Part shown: piece after piece, positions 32,262 to 46,134 of the stretch
How the letters are laid out: each line of letters starts with the position of its first letter
Numbering within the stretch: position 1 is the first letter of the stretch
DNA from: an uncultured Hyphomicrobiaceae bacterium
GTDB lineage: Bacteria > Pseudomonadota > Alphaproteobacteria > Rhizobiales > Rhodomicrobiaceae
Length of the DNA: 64,000 nt
Assembly: GCA_964346065.1 (NCBI GenBank)
Contig: CAYFTI010000001.1
Coordinates: 241-64,240, forward strand
Direction: 5' to 3'
Translations under genes and position numbers: made by a program
The notes under the pieces: model-generated
What the model was told of the DNA's origin: nothing
What the model saw: only the letters and a program-made list of their open reading frames with translations
Database searches by the model: none

Positions 32262-33634
32262 CTTCCGCTTGCGTCTGCGAGATAGCCTTCCCCCGCCGCG
32301 AAGGCTTGCAGGGGCGGGCCGGATGGTTCGCTGCCGCGGTTGCGCCGGGCAGCCCAGGCCACCCGCACGGAGAGCACCGCAGCGATCAGGAACAGAATGC
32401 CTTCAACCGTGAAGACCGTCGCGTACGCCATCACCGGCGTATCAAAGATTGCGCGGGCAAGATCGACCGCAGCCGTGCCGAGGAAACCGCCGAGCCCGAA
32501 GGCGATGGCTTGCGCAGCCCCCCACAGGCCCATGCGTACGCCCTCACGCTTCTCGCGGCCGGAACTGGCGTGGGCCATCATTGCGCTGATGGCGGCAACG
32601 GCGAATATCCCGTTTGCCAGGCCCAGCGCGAACACATTGCTCCACAGTGGCCATGACGCGCCCACCAACGCACCGGCCGCCAGCCCGATCAGCGCGGCCG
32701 CCGATGCGATGCAGCCGGCAACCGTCCACTGGCGCAGACTGGCCGCGTCGCGGTGGCCGATCACGGTTGCGCCGACGCCTATCAGCAGCATCCCGACCAG
32801 CACGCCGCCGTGCTGAACCCCGGACAGCTTGGTCGACTCGCCCGGCGTCAAGTCGAAGACCAGACCCGCGAACGGCTCCAGGATCAGGTCCTGCGCGCTG
32901 TAAGCCAGCATCGACACGAAAACGAAAACAGTGAAGCGTCTGGCCGTCGGCTCGGCCCAGACCTGCCTCAACGCCTGCATGAACGGCGGCTTCGGCTCAG
33001 CCGGCTCGGCTTTTTCCGCCACCTGGAGACCGTGTGCCGACTCAACACCCCATACCGCCACAACGGTCAGCAGGAAGGCAACCGCGCTCACGCCGCCGGC
33101 AACCGCGATCAACCGCGCGTGGGTGTAGGGGTCCAGCAAGCTGCCGGCGATCCCAGCCGTCACCACAAAACCCGCGATCATCATGATCCACACCAGTGAC
33201 GCCGCCGCCGGCCGCCGGGATGGCGCGGTTTGCGTTGCCAGCAGGACCAGCAGGGACGTGCCCGAGGCGCCCACACCCACCCCGATCGCAGTGAAGGCGA
33301 GGATCGAACACAGGATGCCCGCCATGGGCGAGACCGCCATTAAAGCCGTCGCTGCGGCGGCGCCGACCCCGCCGAGCGCGAGAATCGCCATGCCGGCGAT
33401 GATCCACGGTGTGCGCCGTCCCCCCGCGTCCGAGCCATAGCCCCAGCGCGGGCGCAGCACCTGAATGGCATAATGGAGCGCCACCAAGGCGCCGGGAAGC
33501 ATCGCGGCGAACTGCAACTCGACCACCATGACACGGTTGAGCGTCGAGGTTGTCAGCACGACGATCGCGCCCAGGGCGGTCTGGACAAGTCCGAGTCGCA
33601 CGATCCCGAACCAACTGAGTGGTGTCGCGCTCAT
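32258..33634 (-). CDS. PucC/LhaA-family (BCD-type MFS) protein between bchG and bchP
   Basis: 458 aa, about 12 TM segments. Same family and position as Rhodobacter orf428/bch2. 4-nt overlaps on both sides. Confidence 0.85.
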   Translation of the reverse strand: MSATPLSWFGIVRLGLVQTALGAIVVLTTSTLNRVMVVELQFAAMLPGALVALHYAIQVLRPRWGYGSDAGGRRTPWIIAGMAILALGGVGAAAATALMAVSPMAGILCSILAFTAIGVGVGASGTSLLVLLATQTAPSRRPAAASLVWIMMIAGFVVTAGIAGSLLDPYTHARLIAVAGGVSAVAFLLTVVAVWGVESAHGLQVAEKAEPAEPKPPFMQALRQVWAEPTARRFTVFVFVSMLAYSAQDLILEPFAGLVFDLTPGESTKLSGVQHGGVLVGMLLIGVGATVIGHRDAASLRQWTVAGCIASAAALIGLAAGALVGASWPLWSNVFALGLANGIFAVAAISAMMAHASSGREKREGVRMGLWGAAQAIAFGLGGFLGTAAVDLARAIFDTPVMAYATVFTVEGILFLIAAVLSVRVAWAARRNRGSEPSGPPLQAFAAGEGYLADASGR

Positions 33635-34554
33635 GCTCCCTCCATGAGGACCGCGCCGACGGCGAAGGCGCTGACCAGCATCCCGAGCACGTAAAGCGTC
33701 GTGCCGGTTGCGTTATACCAAGGGGCGTTCTTGCGCGGGTCGCGCAGCAGCCGGCGCATCAGGAACAGCTGCACGATCAGCAGCGCGGTGACGCCGGCGG
33801 CGTGATACGGCGTTCCCCACGAAACCAGCAGGCCGATCACGACGACCTGCGGGAGCGCCATGACGACACAGGCCAGCTTGGCCGCACGATCCGCGCCGAG
33901 TTGAACGGGCAGCGAGCGCACGCCCATCTCCTTGTCGCCCTCGATGGCCTTGAAATCGTTGAGCGTCATGATCCCGTGCGCCCCGAAACTGTAGAGGGCG
34001 GCGAGCGCGACGATCTTCCAGTCCGGCAGCACGGCCGTCAGCACGGCGGCGCCGGTGAACCAGGCAAGCCCCTCGTAGGAGAGGGCCACGGCTGCATTGC
34101 CCCACCAGCCGTTCTGCTTCAAACGAAGCGGCGGCATGCTGTAAGCCCAGGCCAGGACCAGCCCTGCGACGGCGGCGGCGAAAACCCAGATGCCGAGTGC
34201 CGCGGACACCGCCAGTGAAACCAGGGTTCCGGTGATGGCGATGTAGAGCCCCCAGGCACCGGGAATCCTGCCCGAGGGGATCGGGCGGTTCGGCTCGTTG
34301 ATGGCGTCGACATGCCGGTCGAACCAGTCATTGACAGCCTGGCTTGTGCCGCAGACCAGAGGCCCGGCAAGCACGACACCCGCAGCGATGACAGGCAGGC
34401 TGGCCCAATCGGCGGCGCCGGACGAGACAACGCCGCAAGCGAACGCCCACATCGGCGCAAACCACGTAATCGGCTTCAAGAGCTCGATAATCGCGGACGG
34501 CGCTGGATATTTGGCCGGTGGCGACACCGACTGGGATCTCGCTGAGCCTGACAT
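33631..34554 (-). CDS. bchG: bacteriochlorophyll synthase BchG
   Basis: UbiA-type motif NDWFDRHVDAINEPNRPIPSG and LLKPITWFAPMWAF. The track ORF starts at a TTG (34593). I prefer the ATG at 34554, but the start is uncertain because there is no clear SD. Confidence 0.9.
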   Translation of the reverse strand: MSGSARSQSVSPPAKYPAPSAIIELLKPITWFAPMWAFACGVVSSGAADWASLPVIAAGVVLAGPLVCGTSQAVNDWFDRHVDAINEPNRPIPSGRIPGAWGLYIAITGTLVSLAVSAALGIWVFAAAVAGLVLAWAYSMPPLRLKQNGWWGNAAVALSYEGLAWFTGAAVLTAVLPDWKIVALAALYSFGAHGIMTLNDFKAIEGDKEMGVRSLPVQLGADRAAKLACVVMALPQVVVIGLLVSWGTPYHAAGVTALLIVQLFLMRRLLRDPRKNAPWYNATGTTLYVLGMLVSAFAVGAVLMEGA

Positions 34555-34569
34555 AGGAGTAAAGTACAC

Positions 34570-34589
34570 TTGACGCAAATTTGCGTCAA
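34570..34589. repeat. perfect 20-bp palindrome TTGACGCAAATTTGCGTCAA between the ppsR stop and the bchG start
   Basis: Read directly and exactly self-complementary. Function unknown; it could be an operator or an 8-bp-stem hairpin. Confidence 0.9.
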
Positions 34590-34613
34590 TCAAACTTTAC
34601 ACACACGACCGCC

Positions 34614-36110
34614 TTAGTTGGAGCCGCCGTTGTCTGACACGGAGTCGCTGTCGAGCAGGCCGTAGCGATGCAGCTTCGCATACAAGCTCTGGCGGCTGAG
34701 ACCCAGAAGTTCGGCCGCCGAGGCCCGATTGTCGTTGGTCAGCTCGAGCGCGGCCTCGATGCAGAGCTTCTCGATCATGTCCGTGGATTCGCGGACCAGG
34801 TCGCGCAGCGGGACCCGGCCAACGAGCTTGGTAAGCTTCTCCACCGACCGCGCCATCGGGTGTTCTTGGCTTTCCACACCAGTCTGCCGGCCACTGATAT
34901 TGCGGATCACGAAGCCGAGGCAAGGGGTCTCGCCCGGGAGCACGGCCACGGCCGACACCTCTACTTCCGTACTCGACCCGTACTGCCCCCTCACGATGGT
35001 CTCGAAAAGGCGGATCGTGCCGTTCTCGATGAGGTTGTGAACCAGCGCATTGAACTCCACCCCCGGCCGTCCGAGCCAGCGATCCAGGGATTCCCCCCGG
35101 ATCTGCTCCGGGACCGCAAGCTGAGCCAATTCCAGGAATGCCGTATTGGCAGTCTGAATCTTGCCGTCCGTCGTCGTGACGACGAAGCCTTCCGGCGCAT
35201 TCTCGACGATACTGAGCAGGCTGGTCGCATCCTTGCCGCCAGCCATTGTTGCCGGTACGCCGTCCGCGGGGCTCAGGCGCGCCAGGAACAGCGTCGCCCT
35301 GTCCTGTCTGAAAACCGATGCGCCCAATGTGAATTCGGCCCCGCTTTCGGCGCTGTACACCTTGATACTGTCGGCATGGCCCGATGCTCTGAGCGCGGCG
35401 AACAACTGCTGGATCGATTTGCGGCTACTGCTGTCGAACAACTGCGGAAAACTCGCGCCCACGATACGGTCGATGTCGCGCTCGAGCAGCCGCGCGGAAG
35501 CCGGGTTCGCCTCTGTCACCTTCGAGTTGGCCGCATTGATGATCATGACCGGCTCGGAGCTCATCTGGAACAGAACACGGTAGCGTGTCTCGGTATGGCG
35601 CAGGCGCGCATACTCCTGTTCCATCGTCTGCTGAGCGTGAATGAGTCGCTGCTGTAGCGACGACATCATGCGCATGTCACGGCCGATAGCTATGATGTGT
35701 CCGTTCTTGCCCAGCGGAACCGCCGCGTAGCGAACCGGCACGCTATCGCCCTCGGCCATCGGATGATTGACCTGGCGCCAGCGCGGAGCGGCGTCATCGC
35801 CCGCAGCGGCGAGCATTTCACGGATCTTCGGCTTGCTCTCTATTGTAACTGTTTCCTGCCACGATTTGCCCAGCCAGTTCTCCCGCGGCCTGGCGGCAAG
35901 CTCCTCATCGCTGAGGGCAAGATCGCGCACGATGCCGTCGCCATCGATGATAAAGGCGATATCTGCGGCCGCGGCGATCACGTTCGCGGCGACACCCGCA
36001 TTGAGGTCCCCAATGGTTTTCTCGGGTTCCGCGAAGCGGATCACACCATCGGGGACAGCAGTGCTTTCGCTCATAATGCCCTGCCCAGCAGCTTCAATCG
36101 TTATTCTCAT
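34614..36110 (-). CDS. ppsR: photosynthesis gene repressor PpsR/CrtJ
   Basis: 498 aa. Multiple PAS-like segments and a C-terminal Fis-type HTH NRASAAELLGLSRQSLYAKLHRYGL. The ATG overlaps the ppaA stop (ATGA). Confidence 0.9.
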   Translation of the reverse strand: MRITIEAAGQGIMSESTAVPDGVIRFAEPEKTIGDLNAGVAANVIAAAADIAFIIDGDGIVRDLALSDEELAARPRENWLGKSWQETVTIESKPKIREMLAAAGDDAAPRWRQVNHPMAEGDSVPVRYAAVPLGKNGHIIAIGRDMRMMSSLQQRLIHAQQTMEQEYARLRHTETRYRVLFQMSSEPVMIINAANSKVTEANPASARLLERDIDRIVGASFPQLFDSSSRKSIQQLFAALRASGHADSIKVYSAESGAEFTLGASVFRQDRATLFLARLSPADGVPATMAGGKDATSLLSIVENAPEGFVVTTTDGKIQTANTAFLELAQLAVPEQIRGESLDRWLGRPGVEFNALVHNLIENGTIRLFETIVRGQYGSSTEVEVSAVAVLPGETPCLGFVIRNISGRQTGVESQEHPMARSVEKLTKLVGRVPLRDLVRESTDMIEKLCIEAALELTNDNRASAAELLGLSRQSLYAKLHRYGLLDSDSVSDNGGSN

Positions 36111-37027
36111 CCGCCGCTCTGCTTGCGGTGGACCAAGTCACGGGCCTGCAAGACCGCATCGGGGCCGTTTACCGCCGTCGCGTCCGCGCCGACGCTTTGG
36201 ATCAATTCCGGATGCTCAAGGAAGAACGGCCCGCCGACCATTACGCCGATCTTGGTATTTCGCGATGCCCGGCGAATATTGCCGATGCAATCCGACAGCC
36301 TTTGATAAAGCCCCTCATGACTGAGAGACAGCCCCACAACCGCATACCACTGATCCGCCACCATCCGGACGAGTTCTTCAGCAGATTGCGCCGGATGATG
36401 CTCGACATGCCAGCCACCGCTGCGCATGAACTCCTCGACCATGCTGATCCCGAAGGTATGCTGCTCACCGGGCGCTGGCATCACCAGCGCCTGGCGCAGA
36501 GGCGCATTACACTCGCCGTCCACGGTTGCCGCCGGGCTGTATCTGCGCAGCAACCGCTGCAATATGCTCAGCCCGAGAGCCACCTGAGTGAAATCACAGT
36601 AGTCCTTATCCCAGTAGTCCCCCAACAAACGGGCGGTGGGAGCCATCAGATCAAGGAAAATCTGCCCCAGCTCCGCTCCTTCGGCACGTCGGGCTTCAAT
36701 ATAAGCTGTCGCGAGCGAAACATCATTGTCCAGAAGAAGCTGAGCGAAATCCGTGACGTTGCCGGAACTCAGTTGCGCGCGGGCCTGCGACGGGGGCGGG
36801 CTCCACTCCGGCGACATGCTATGCGCAAGCATGAGGCGCGGTATCACTTCCGTTTCGATTGTCCGGCTTAGCTGTTCAGACACTACGCTATCGCTCGCTG
36901 GGCGCCACGCCATTATCGGAGTGCCGCTGTCGTTGTCGTCTCCCACGTCGAACTCGTAGTCGGCGTCTCCCCCATATTCGGTCTTTTCCGCGGCGGCGTC
37001 GGCTTGCGATGTCCGTGTAACTGGCAT
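36107..37027 (-). CDS. ppaA: PpaA/AerR-type cobalamin-binding antirepressor
   Basis: Track ORF 36107..37072. The C-terminal B12-binding-domain-like half sits immediately upstream of ppsR, as in Rhodobacter. The ATG at 37027 has GGGAGGA about 7 nt upstream. Confidence 0.8.
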   Translation of the reverse strand: MPVTRTSQADAAAEKTEYGGDADYEFDVGDDNDSGTPIMAWRPASDSVVSEQLSRTIETEVIPRLMLAHSMSPEWSPPPSQARAQLSSGNVTDFAQLLLDNDVSLATAYIEARRAEGAELGQIFLDLMAPTARLLGDYWDKDYCDFTQVALGLSILQRLLRRYSPAATVDGECNAPLRQALVMPAPGEQHTFGISMVEEFMRSGGWHVEHHPAQSAEELVRMVADQWYAVVGLSLSHEGLYQRLSDCIGNIRRASRNTKIGVMVGGPFFLEHPELIQSVGADATAVNGPDAVLQARDLVHRKQSGG

Positions 37028-37105
37028 TGACGCATCCTCCCTTGCCGATGCTTCTGGCAGCCGGCCAGACACACCTGTGCAGTTCCTTATAACGGAACGT
37101 TACAG

Positions 37106-37123
37106 TGTCAAGATACATCGACA
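37106..37123. promoter_or_regulatory. PpsR/CrtJ-type palindrome TGT-N12-ACA (TGTCAAGATACATCGACA)
   Basis: Perfect TGT-N12-ACA in the divergent ppaA/bchF gap, about 80 nt upstream of the ppaA ATG. Confidence 0.6.
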
Positions 37124-37292
37124 CCCCTGCCCCTGGGAAGACTTGTCTCAAATTTTCGTCGTCGCTCACCTCCCGGATAGGGACGGAAGTTGCGGCTCAG
37201 ACGCGGTCGGGACATCACGCCCCGCCCACGCGCGACTGCATCGGGCGATTCCGCTACGGCCACGTCCTCATTAAGGCACACCTCGACGAGAA

Positions 37293-37310
37293 TGTAAAGC
37301 AAACTTTACG
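37293..37310. promoter_or_regulatory. degenerate PpsR-like site TGT-N12-ACG (TGTAAAGCAAACTTTACG)
   Basis: One mismatch to TGT-N12-ACA. Contains the inverted repeat GTAAAG..CTTTAC. About 75 nt upstream of the bchF ATG. Confidence 0.3.
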
Positions 37311-37383
37311 TCAAGAAAGGTTGACTCTCGAGGTGGGGCGGAATTAGACTGGCTCCAATTCTCGGGTCACGAAGGGTCAAGCG

Positions 37384-39209
<1,826 letters not shown>

Positions 39210-39216
39210 ACCGACG

Positions 39217-40779
39217 ATGCAACTGACCGTGTGGACATATGAAGGCCCGCCGCATGTCGGGGCCATGCGCATCGCAACCGCGCTCAAGGATGTGCATTAC
39301 GTCCTCCATGCGCCGCAGGGTGACACCTATGCCGACCTGCTCTTCACGATGATCGAGCGGCGCGATCACCGCCCGCCTGTCACCTACACGACGTTCCAGG
39401 CCCGCGATCTCGGCAAGGACACCGCCCAGCTTTTCCGCGACGCAATGCTGTCGTCCTATGAACGGTTCAAGCCGAACGCAATGTTCGTCGGCTCGTCCTG
39501 TACCGCAGAACTGATCCAGGACGACCCCGCCGGCCTGGCAAGCGCGTCCGGATTGCCGATCCCGATCGTCCCGCTGGAGCTGCCGTCTTACCAGAAAAAG
39601 GAAAACTGGGGCGCGTCGGAAACCTTCTACCAGCTTGTGCGCAAGCTCGTTCGCCCGGCGGAAGAAGCCGCGCCGCGCGAGGCCGGCGCGCGCCCGCGCT
39701 GCAACCTGCTCGGGGCGACGGCGCTCGGCTTCCGTCACCGCGACGACGTGCGGGAAATCACTTATCTGCTGGACAAGCTCGGCGTGGACGTCAACATCTG
39801 CGCGCCGCTGAACGCCACGGCCGACGACATCGCCCGGCTCGGCGAGGCGCACTTCAACGTTGTCATGTATCCCGAGATCGCGGACGGCGTCGCGCGCTGG
39901 CTGGAGCGCAATTTCAAGCAGCCGCGGACCAAGACCGTTCCGATCGGCGTGGGCGCCACACGCGACTTCATCCACGAGGTCGCCGAGCTTGCCGGCATCG
40001 ACCCGGCTGCGGCGCTCGAAGAGCTTGAATGCCGCCTGCCGTGGTATTCGCGCTCGATCGACTCGAACTACCTCACCGGCAAGCGCGTCTTCATCTTCGC
40101 CGACGCCACCCATGCCCTCGCCGCCGCACGCGTCGCCTCGGAAGAGTTGGGCTACGAGGTCGTGGGCCTTGGCACCTACAGCCGCGAATTCGCCCGCGAC
40201 CTGCGCGCGAAGGCGAAGGAGCTGGGGATCGAGGCGCTGATCACTGACGACTACCTCGAGGTCGAGGAGCAGGTGCAGGAGAAACAACCCGAACTGGTAC
40301 TCGGCACGCAGATGGAGCGCCATATCGCCAAGCGCCTCGGCATTGCCTGCGCCGTGATCTCCGCGCCCGTGCATGTGCAGGACTACCCCGCGCGCACCTC
40401 GCCGCAGATGGGTTTTGAAGGCGCGAACGTGATCTTCGATGACTGGGTCCACCCTCTGATGATGGGCCTGGAAGAACACCTGCTCGGCATGTTCCGCGAG
40501 GACTTCGAGTTCAACGACGACGCCGTGCCCTCGCACCTGGCGATGCATGGCGAAACCGGCCCGCGCGTCCAGCCGCAACATGAAGAGGCCGAGACGGCCG
40601 AGCCCGACGACAACGCCCCGATAATCTGGGAGCCGGATGCGGAGAAAGAGCTTCGCAAGATTCCGTTCTTCGTCCGGGGCAAGGCCAAGCGCAACGCCGA
40701 AGCCTTCGCCGCGGAAAAAGGTCTGTCACAGATAACGGTTGAGACACTCTACGATGCAAAAGCACATTTCGGCCGCTGA
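39217..40779 (+). CDS. bchB: light-independent protochlorophyllide reductase subunit B
   Basis: 520 aa. [20 protein letters not shown]...[18 protein letters not shown]. Confidence 0.95.
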   Translation: MQLTVWTYEGPPHVGAMRIATALKDVHYVLHAPQGDTYADLLFTMIERRDHRPPVTYTTFQARDLGKDTAQLFRDAMLSSYERFKPNAMFVGSSCTAELIQDDPAGLASASGLPIPIVPLELPSYQKKENWGASETFYQLVRKLVRPAEEAAPREAGARPRCNLLGATALGFRHRDDVREITYLLDKLGVDVNICAPLNATADDIARLGEAHFNVVMYPEIADGVARWLERNFKQPRTKTVPIGVGATRDFIHEVAELAGIDPAAALEELECRLPWYSRSIDSNYLTGKRVFIFADATHALAAARVASEELGYEVVGLGTYSREFARDLRAKAKELGIEALITDDYLEVEEQVQEKQPELVLGTQMERHIAKRLGIACAVISAPVHVQDYPARTSPQMGFEGANVIFDDWVHPLMMGLEEHLLGMFREDFEFNDDAVPSHLAMHGETGPRVQPQHEEAETAEPDDNAPIIWEPDAEKELRKIPFFVRGKAKRNAEAFAAEKGLSQITVETLYDAKAHFGR

Positions 40780-43700
40780 AATCGCACCCGTCAATGTGGT
40801 GATCGTAACGCTGGACAAGCATCTGGCGCCCGCCACCGAGCGGGCGCGGGAGACGCTGCGGCGCGACATCCCCGGCATCAATCTGAGCCTGCACGCCGCA
40901 TCCGACTGGGCGGAGAGCCCGGAAGCGCTCGAAGCCTGCCGCGCTGACATCGCCAAGGGGCACATCGTCGTCGTCACGATGATGTTCCTCGACGAGCACA
41001 TCCAGGCGATTCTGCCCGACCTCGAAGCCCGGCGCGATCACTGTGACGCGATGGTCGCGTGCATGTCCGCTGGCGAGGTCATGCGGCTCACGCGCATGGG
41101 AAAGTTCACCATGGGCGGCGAGCCCTCTGGCGCGGTGAAACTGCTCAAGCGCCTGCGCGGCGGCTCAAGCGACAAGAAGAAAAGCTCGGGGGCCGGCCAG
41201 ATGGCGATGCTGCGCCGCCTGCCCCGCATCCTGAAATTTATTCCAGGCACCGCGCAGGATGTGCGGGCCTACTTCCTGACAATGCAATACTGGCTGGCCT
41301 GTTCGGACGACAACCTCGCCAACATGGTCCGCCAGCTGATCGACCGCTATGCCGACGGCGCGCGGCTTGCCTTGCGCGGCACGATCGATGTTCAGGCGCC
41401 CGTTGTTTATCCGGACACCGGAGTCTATCACCCGAAGATGGTCGGCCGGGTCGCCGAGCGCGCCGAGGAACTGCCGGAGAGCACGGGTGAGCGCGGCACG
41501 GTCGGCGTGCTGTTGATGCGCTCTTACATCCTCTCGCGCGACACGGCCCATTATGACGGCGTCATCCATTCGCTGGAGGCGCGCGGCTTCTGCGTGATCC
41601 CCGCCTTCGCCAGCGGTCTGGACTCGCGTCCGGCGATCGAGCGCTTCTTTATGAAGAACGGCGAACCGATCGTGGACGCGGTGGTGTCGCTGACCGGCTT
41701 CTCGCTTGTCGGTGGTCCGGCCTACAACGACTCCAACGCCGCCCAGACCATGCTGGAGAAGCTCAACGTCCCCTACACCGCCGCGCATGCGATGGAGTTC
41801 CAGACGCTTCAGCAATGGGGCGGATCGGACCGCGGGCTGATGCCGGTCGAAACCACCATGATGGTCGCCATCCCCGAGCTGGACGGGGCGACTTCGCCGC
41901 TGGTCTATGGCGGCCGGGCGGACGCCTCGGGCGCGCCGTGCGAAGGCTGCGAGCGCCACTGCCGCTTCGAGAGCCAGGACGGCGTTGCCGCGATGCAGGT
42001 CTGCGTTGCCCGTTCGGAGCAGTTGGCTTCGCGCGTCGAACGGATGGTCCGGCTGCGCAAGACACCCCGCGAGGAGCGCAAACTGGCGATCGTGCTGTTC
42101 AACTTCCCGCCTAACGGGGGCGCGACCGGCACGGCGGCGTATCTGTCGGTGTTCGAGTCGCTGCACAACACGCTGAAGTCGCTCAAGGCGGCCGGCTATG
42201 ACGTGGAAGTGCCCGAAACGGTCGATGCGCTTCGCAACGAAATCATTCACGGCAACGCCGCGGAATACGGCGCGGACGCCAACGTCCATGCGCGCATCCC
42301 TGTCGACGATCACGTTCAGCGCGAACGCTGGCTGGCTGACATCGAGGAGCAGTGGGGCCCGGCGCCCGGGCGCCAGCAGACGGATGGCCGGACGATCCAC
42401 GTCCTCGGCAAGCAGTTCGGCAAGGTCTTCATCGGCGTCCAGCCCGCCTTCGGCTACGAGGGCGATCCGATGCGCCTGCTGTTCGAGAAGGGCTTCGCGC
42501 CGACGCACGCCTTCTCCGCCTTTTACCGCTACCTGCGCGAGGACTTCGACGCCAACGCGGTCCTGCATTTCGGCACCCACGGCGCGCTCGAGTTCATGCC
42601 GGGCAAGCAGTCGGGCCTGAGCGACAATTGCTGGCCGGACCGTCTGATCGGCGACCTGCCCAACATCTACCTCTATGCGGCGAACAACCCGTCCGAAGGC
42701 ACGATCGCCAAGCGGCGCTCGGCGGCCACGCTGGTCAGCTATCTGACGCCGCCGGTGGCCCATGCCGGCCTCTACCGCGGGCTTTTGGACCTGAAAAGCT
42801 CCATCGAACGGTGGCGCGCCCTGCCCCCCGAAGACGAGCAGGAGCGCCAGGAGCTGACCGTTCTCATTCAGTCGCAGGCGGCCGAACTCGAACTGGCCGA
42901 GGCCGAACCGATCTGGGATGGCGACGCGCAAGAGCGGGTACGCAAGCTCGCCAAAGATGTCGCCGAGCTGGAACAGACTCTTATTCCGAACGGCCTGCAT
43001 GTCGTGGGCGAAGCCATGAGCGCGGATGACCGCAGCGACCTGCTCCGCTCCATCGCCGACGCCTCGCATGGCGTGAGCCTGAGCGATGAGGCGGCCCATG
43101 CGATCGCCGATGGCGACACGCCCGAACACGCCGTCTCGGCCGCGGGGCTCGAAGCCAGCGAGGCCAATTTGGCCATGGCGCGCCAGCTCGCCGGCACGAA
43201 CAATCTGCTGATGCAGGACACTGAAATCCCGGCGCTCATTCACGCGCTCGACGGCGGCTTCGTTCCCCCCGTCGCTGGCGGCGACCTGCTGCGCTCGCCG
43301 GACATCCTGCCGACGGGGCGCAACGTTCACGGCTTCGATCCGTTCCGCCTGCCGAGCGCCTTCGCGGTGCAGGACGGCGCGGCGCAGGCGCAGCGGCTGC
43401 TCGACCGCTATATGCAGGACGGCCACGCGCTGCCGCAGAGCATCGCGATGGTTCTGTGGGGCACGGACAACCTGAAATCCGAAGGCAGCCAGATCTCGCA
43501 GGCGCTCGCCCTGATCGGCGCGCGGCCCCGCTTCGACAGCTACGGCCGGCTCGCCGGCGCGGAACTGATCCCGCTGGAGCAGTTGGGCCGCCCGCGCATA
43601 GACGTGATCGTGACGCTGTCCGGCATCTTCCGCGACCTGCTGCCGCTGCAAACGCGCCTGCTGGCCGAAGCCGCGCTCATGGCCGCCGAGGCCGACGAGC

Positions 43701-44509
43701 CAGCCGATCAGAACTTCATCCGCAAGCATGCCCTCACCTATGCAGAGGAAAACGGCTGCGACCTGGAAACCGCCGCGCTGCGGGTGTTCTCGAACGCCGA
43801 TGGCGCCTATGGATCCAACGTCAACCAGCTCCTCGATAGCGGCGCATGGGAGGAGGAATCGGAACTGGCGGACACATACCAGAGCCGCAAGTGCTACGCC
43901 TATGGCTGCTCCGGCAAGCCGGTGCGCCAGAAGGAGTTGCTGCAAAGCGTTCTCTCGAACGTCGAACTCGCCTACCAGAACCTCGAATCGGTCGAGCTGG
44001 GCGTCACCACGATCGACCACTACTTCGACACGCTCGGCGGCATCGGCAAGGCCGTCCAGGGCGCGCGGGGCGAAGCGGCCCAGGTCTATATCGGCGATCA
44101 GACGCGCGGTGAAGGCACAGTGCGGACCCTCAACGAGCAGGTCTCGCTGGAAACCCGCACGCGCGCGCTCAACCCGAAATGGTACGAGGGCATGCTGCGC
44201 CACGGCTACGAAGGCGTGCGCCAGATCGAGGCGCACATCACCAACACCATGGGCTGGTCGGCCACCACCGGGCAGGTCCCGGAGTGGGTCTATCAGCAGC
44301 TCACCGAGACCTACGTGCTCGACGAAAACATGCGCCGGCGGCTTGCGGAACTGAACCCGAAAGCGTCCGCGAAAATGGCGGGCCGGCTGATCGAAGCGCA
44401 TGAGCGCCAATACTGGTCACCCGACGAGGCGACGCTGGAAGCCCTGACCCGCGCAAGCGAAGAAATCGAGGATCAGGTCGAAGGCGTGGCCGACCACGTT
44501 GCCGCATAA
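40754..44509 (+). CDS. bchH: magnesium chelatase subunit H
   Basis: Track ORF 40739 (TTG)..44509. About 1250 aa, CobN/BchH family. The ATG at 40754 overlaps the bchB end by 26 nt. Confidence 0.95.
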   Translation: MQKHISAAEIAPVNVVIVTLDKHLAPATERARETLRRDIPGINLSLHAASDWAESPEALEACRADIAKGHIVVVTMMFLDEHIQAILPDLEARRDHCDAMVACMSAGEVMRLTRMGKFTMGGEPSGAVKLLKRLRGGSSDKKKSSGAGQMAMLRRLPRILKFIPGTAQDVRAYFLTMQYWLACSDDNLANMVRQLIDRYADGARLALRGTIDVQAPVVYPDTGVYHPKMVGRVAERAEELPESTGERGTVGVLLMRSYILSRDTAHYDGVIHSLEARGFCVIPAFASGLDSRPAIERFFMKNGEPIVDAVVSLTGFSLVGGPAYNDSNAAQTMLEKLNVPYTAAHAMEFQTLQQWGGSDRGLMPVETTMMVAIPELDGATSPLVYGGRADASGAPCEGCERHCRFESQDGVAAMQVCVARSEQLASRVERMVRLRKTPREERKLAIVLFNFPPNGGATGTAAYLSVFESLHNTLKSLKAAGYDVEVPETVDALRNEIIHGNAAEYGADANVHARIPVDDHVQRERWLADIEEQWGPAPGRQQTDGRTIHVLGKQFGKVFIGVQPAFGYEGDPMRLLFEKGFAPTHAFSAFYRYLREDFDANAVLHFGTHGALEFMPGKQSGLSDNCWPDRLIGDLPNIYLYAANNPSEGTIAKRRSAATLVSYLTPPVAHAGLYRGLLDLKSSIERWRALPPEDEQERQELTVLIQSQAAELELAEAEPIWDGDAQERVRKLAKDVAELEQTLIPNGLHVVGEAMSADDRSDLLRSIADASHGVSLSDEAAHAIADGDTPEHAVSAAGLEASEANLAMARQLAGTNNLLMQDTEIPALIHALDGGFVPPVAGGDLLRSPDILPTGRNVHGFDPFRLPSAFAVQDGAAQAQRLLDRYMQDGHALPQSIAMVLWGTDNLKSEGSQISQALALIGARPRFDSYGRLAGAELIPLEQLGRPRIDVIVTLSGIFRDLLPLQTRLLAEAALMAAEADEPADQNFIRKHALTYAEENGCDLETAALRVFSNADGAYGSNVNQLLDSGAWEEESELADTYQSRKCYAYGCSGKPVRQKELLQSVLSNVELAYQNLESVELGVTTIDHYFDTLGGIGKAVQGARGEAAQVYIGDQTRGEGTVRTLNEQVSLETRTRALNPKWYEGMLRHGYEGVRQIEAHITNTMGWSATTGQVPEWVYQQLTETYVLDENMRRRLAELNPKASAKMAGRLIEAHERQYWSPDEATLEALTRASEEIEDQVEGVADHVAA

Positions 44510-45429
<920 letters not shown>

Positions 45430-45430
<1 letters not shown>

Positions 45431-46134
45431 TGCCGACTCCGACCTACATCGCGCGGCGCGGCCGCCTCGGTGAATACTTCGACAAGACGGCTGTCGAGGC
45501 GTGGGCGCGGCTCACCACCGATGCGCCGGTCAGCCGGATCCGCGCCACTGTGCGCGCGGGCCGCGACCGCATGCGTCAGACCCTGCTGGATTGGCTGCCG
45601 GCCGATTTGAGCGGGATGCGTCTGCTGGATGCGGGCTGCGGCACCGGCGCGTTGTCGGTCGTGGCGGCTGAACGCGGTGCGGAGGTGGTGGCGGTCGATC
45701 TGTCGCCGTCTCTCATCGAGCTTGCCCGGGAGCGTTCACCGCAAGGCTTTCCAGGTGGCGGCCGGATCGAGTTCCGGGTCGGGGACTTCATCGACCAGGA
45801 GTTGGGCGCGTTCGATTACGCGGTCGCGATGGACTCGCTCATCCACTACCACGGCAAGGACATCGCCCGCGCCGTGGCGCAACTGGCTGAACGCACGGAC
45901 ACCGCGATCCTCATGACCTTTGCCCCGCGCACCGCCGCGCTCACGGCGATGCACACGCTCGGCAAGGTATTCCCGCGCTCGGACCGCGCCCCCGCGATCG
46001 AACCGATCAGCCACGGAAAGCTGAGCCGGCTCCTCGCCAGCGAACCCGACCTCGCGGCCTGGAAGCCAGCGCGTACGCAGCGGATCGCGAGCGGTTTCTA
46101 CACATCTCAAGCTCTGGAGCTGGTGCGCGCATGA
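45430..46134 (+). CDS. bchM: Mg-protoporphyrin IX methyltransferase
   Basis: Track ORF 45355..46134. The ATG at 45430 shares one base with the bchL TAA (TAATG). SAM motif LLDAGCGTGAL. Confidence 0.9.

Noticed and set aside
34570-34589. Reading the 20-bp palindrome as an FNR/FixK box
   Set aside because: The half-sites TTGAC/GTCAA are separated by 10 nt, not the 4 nt of TTGAT-N4-ATCAA.
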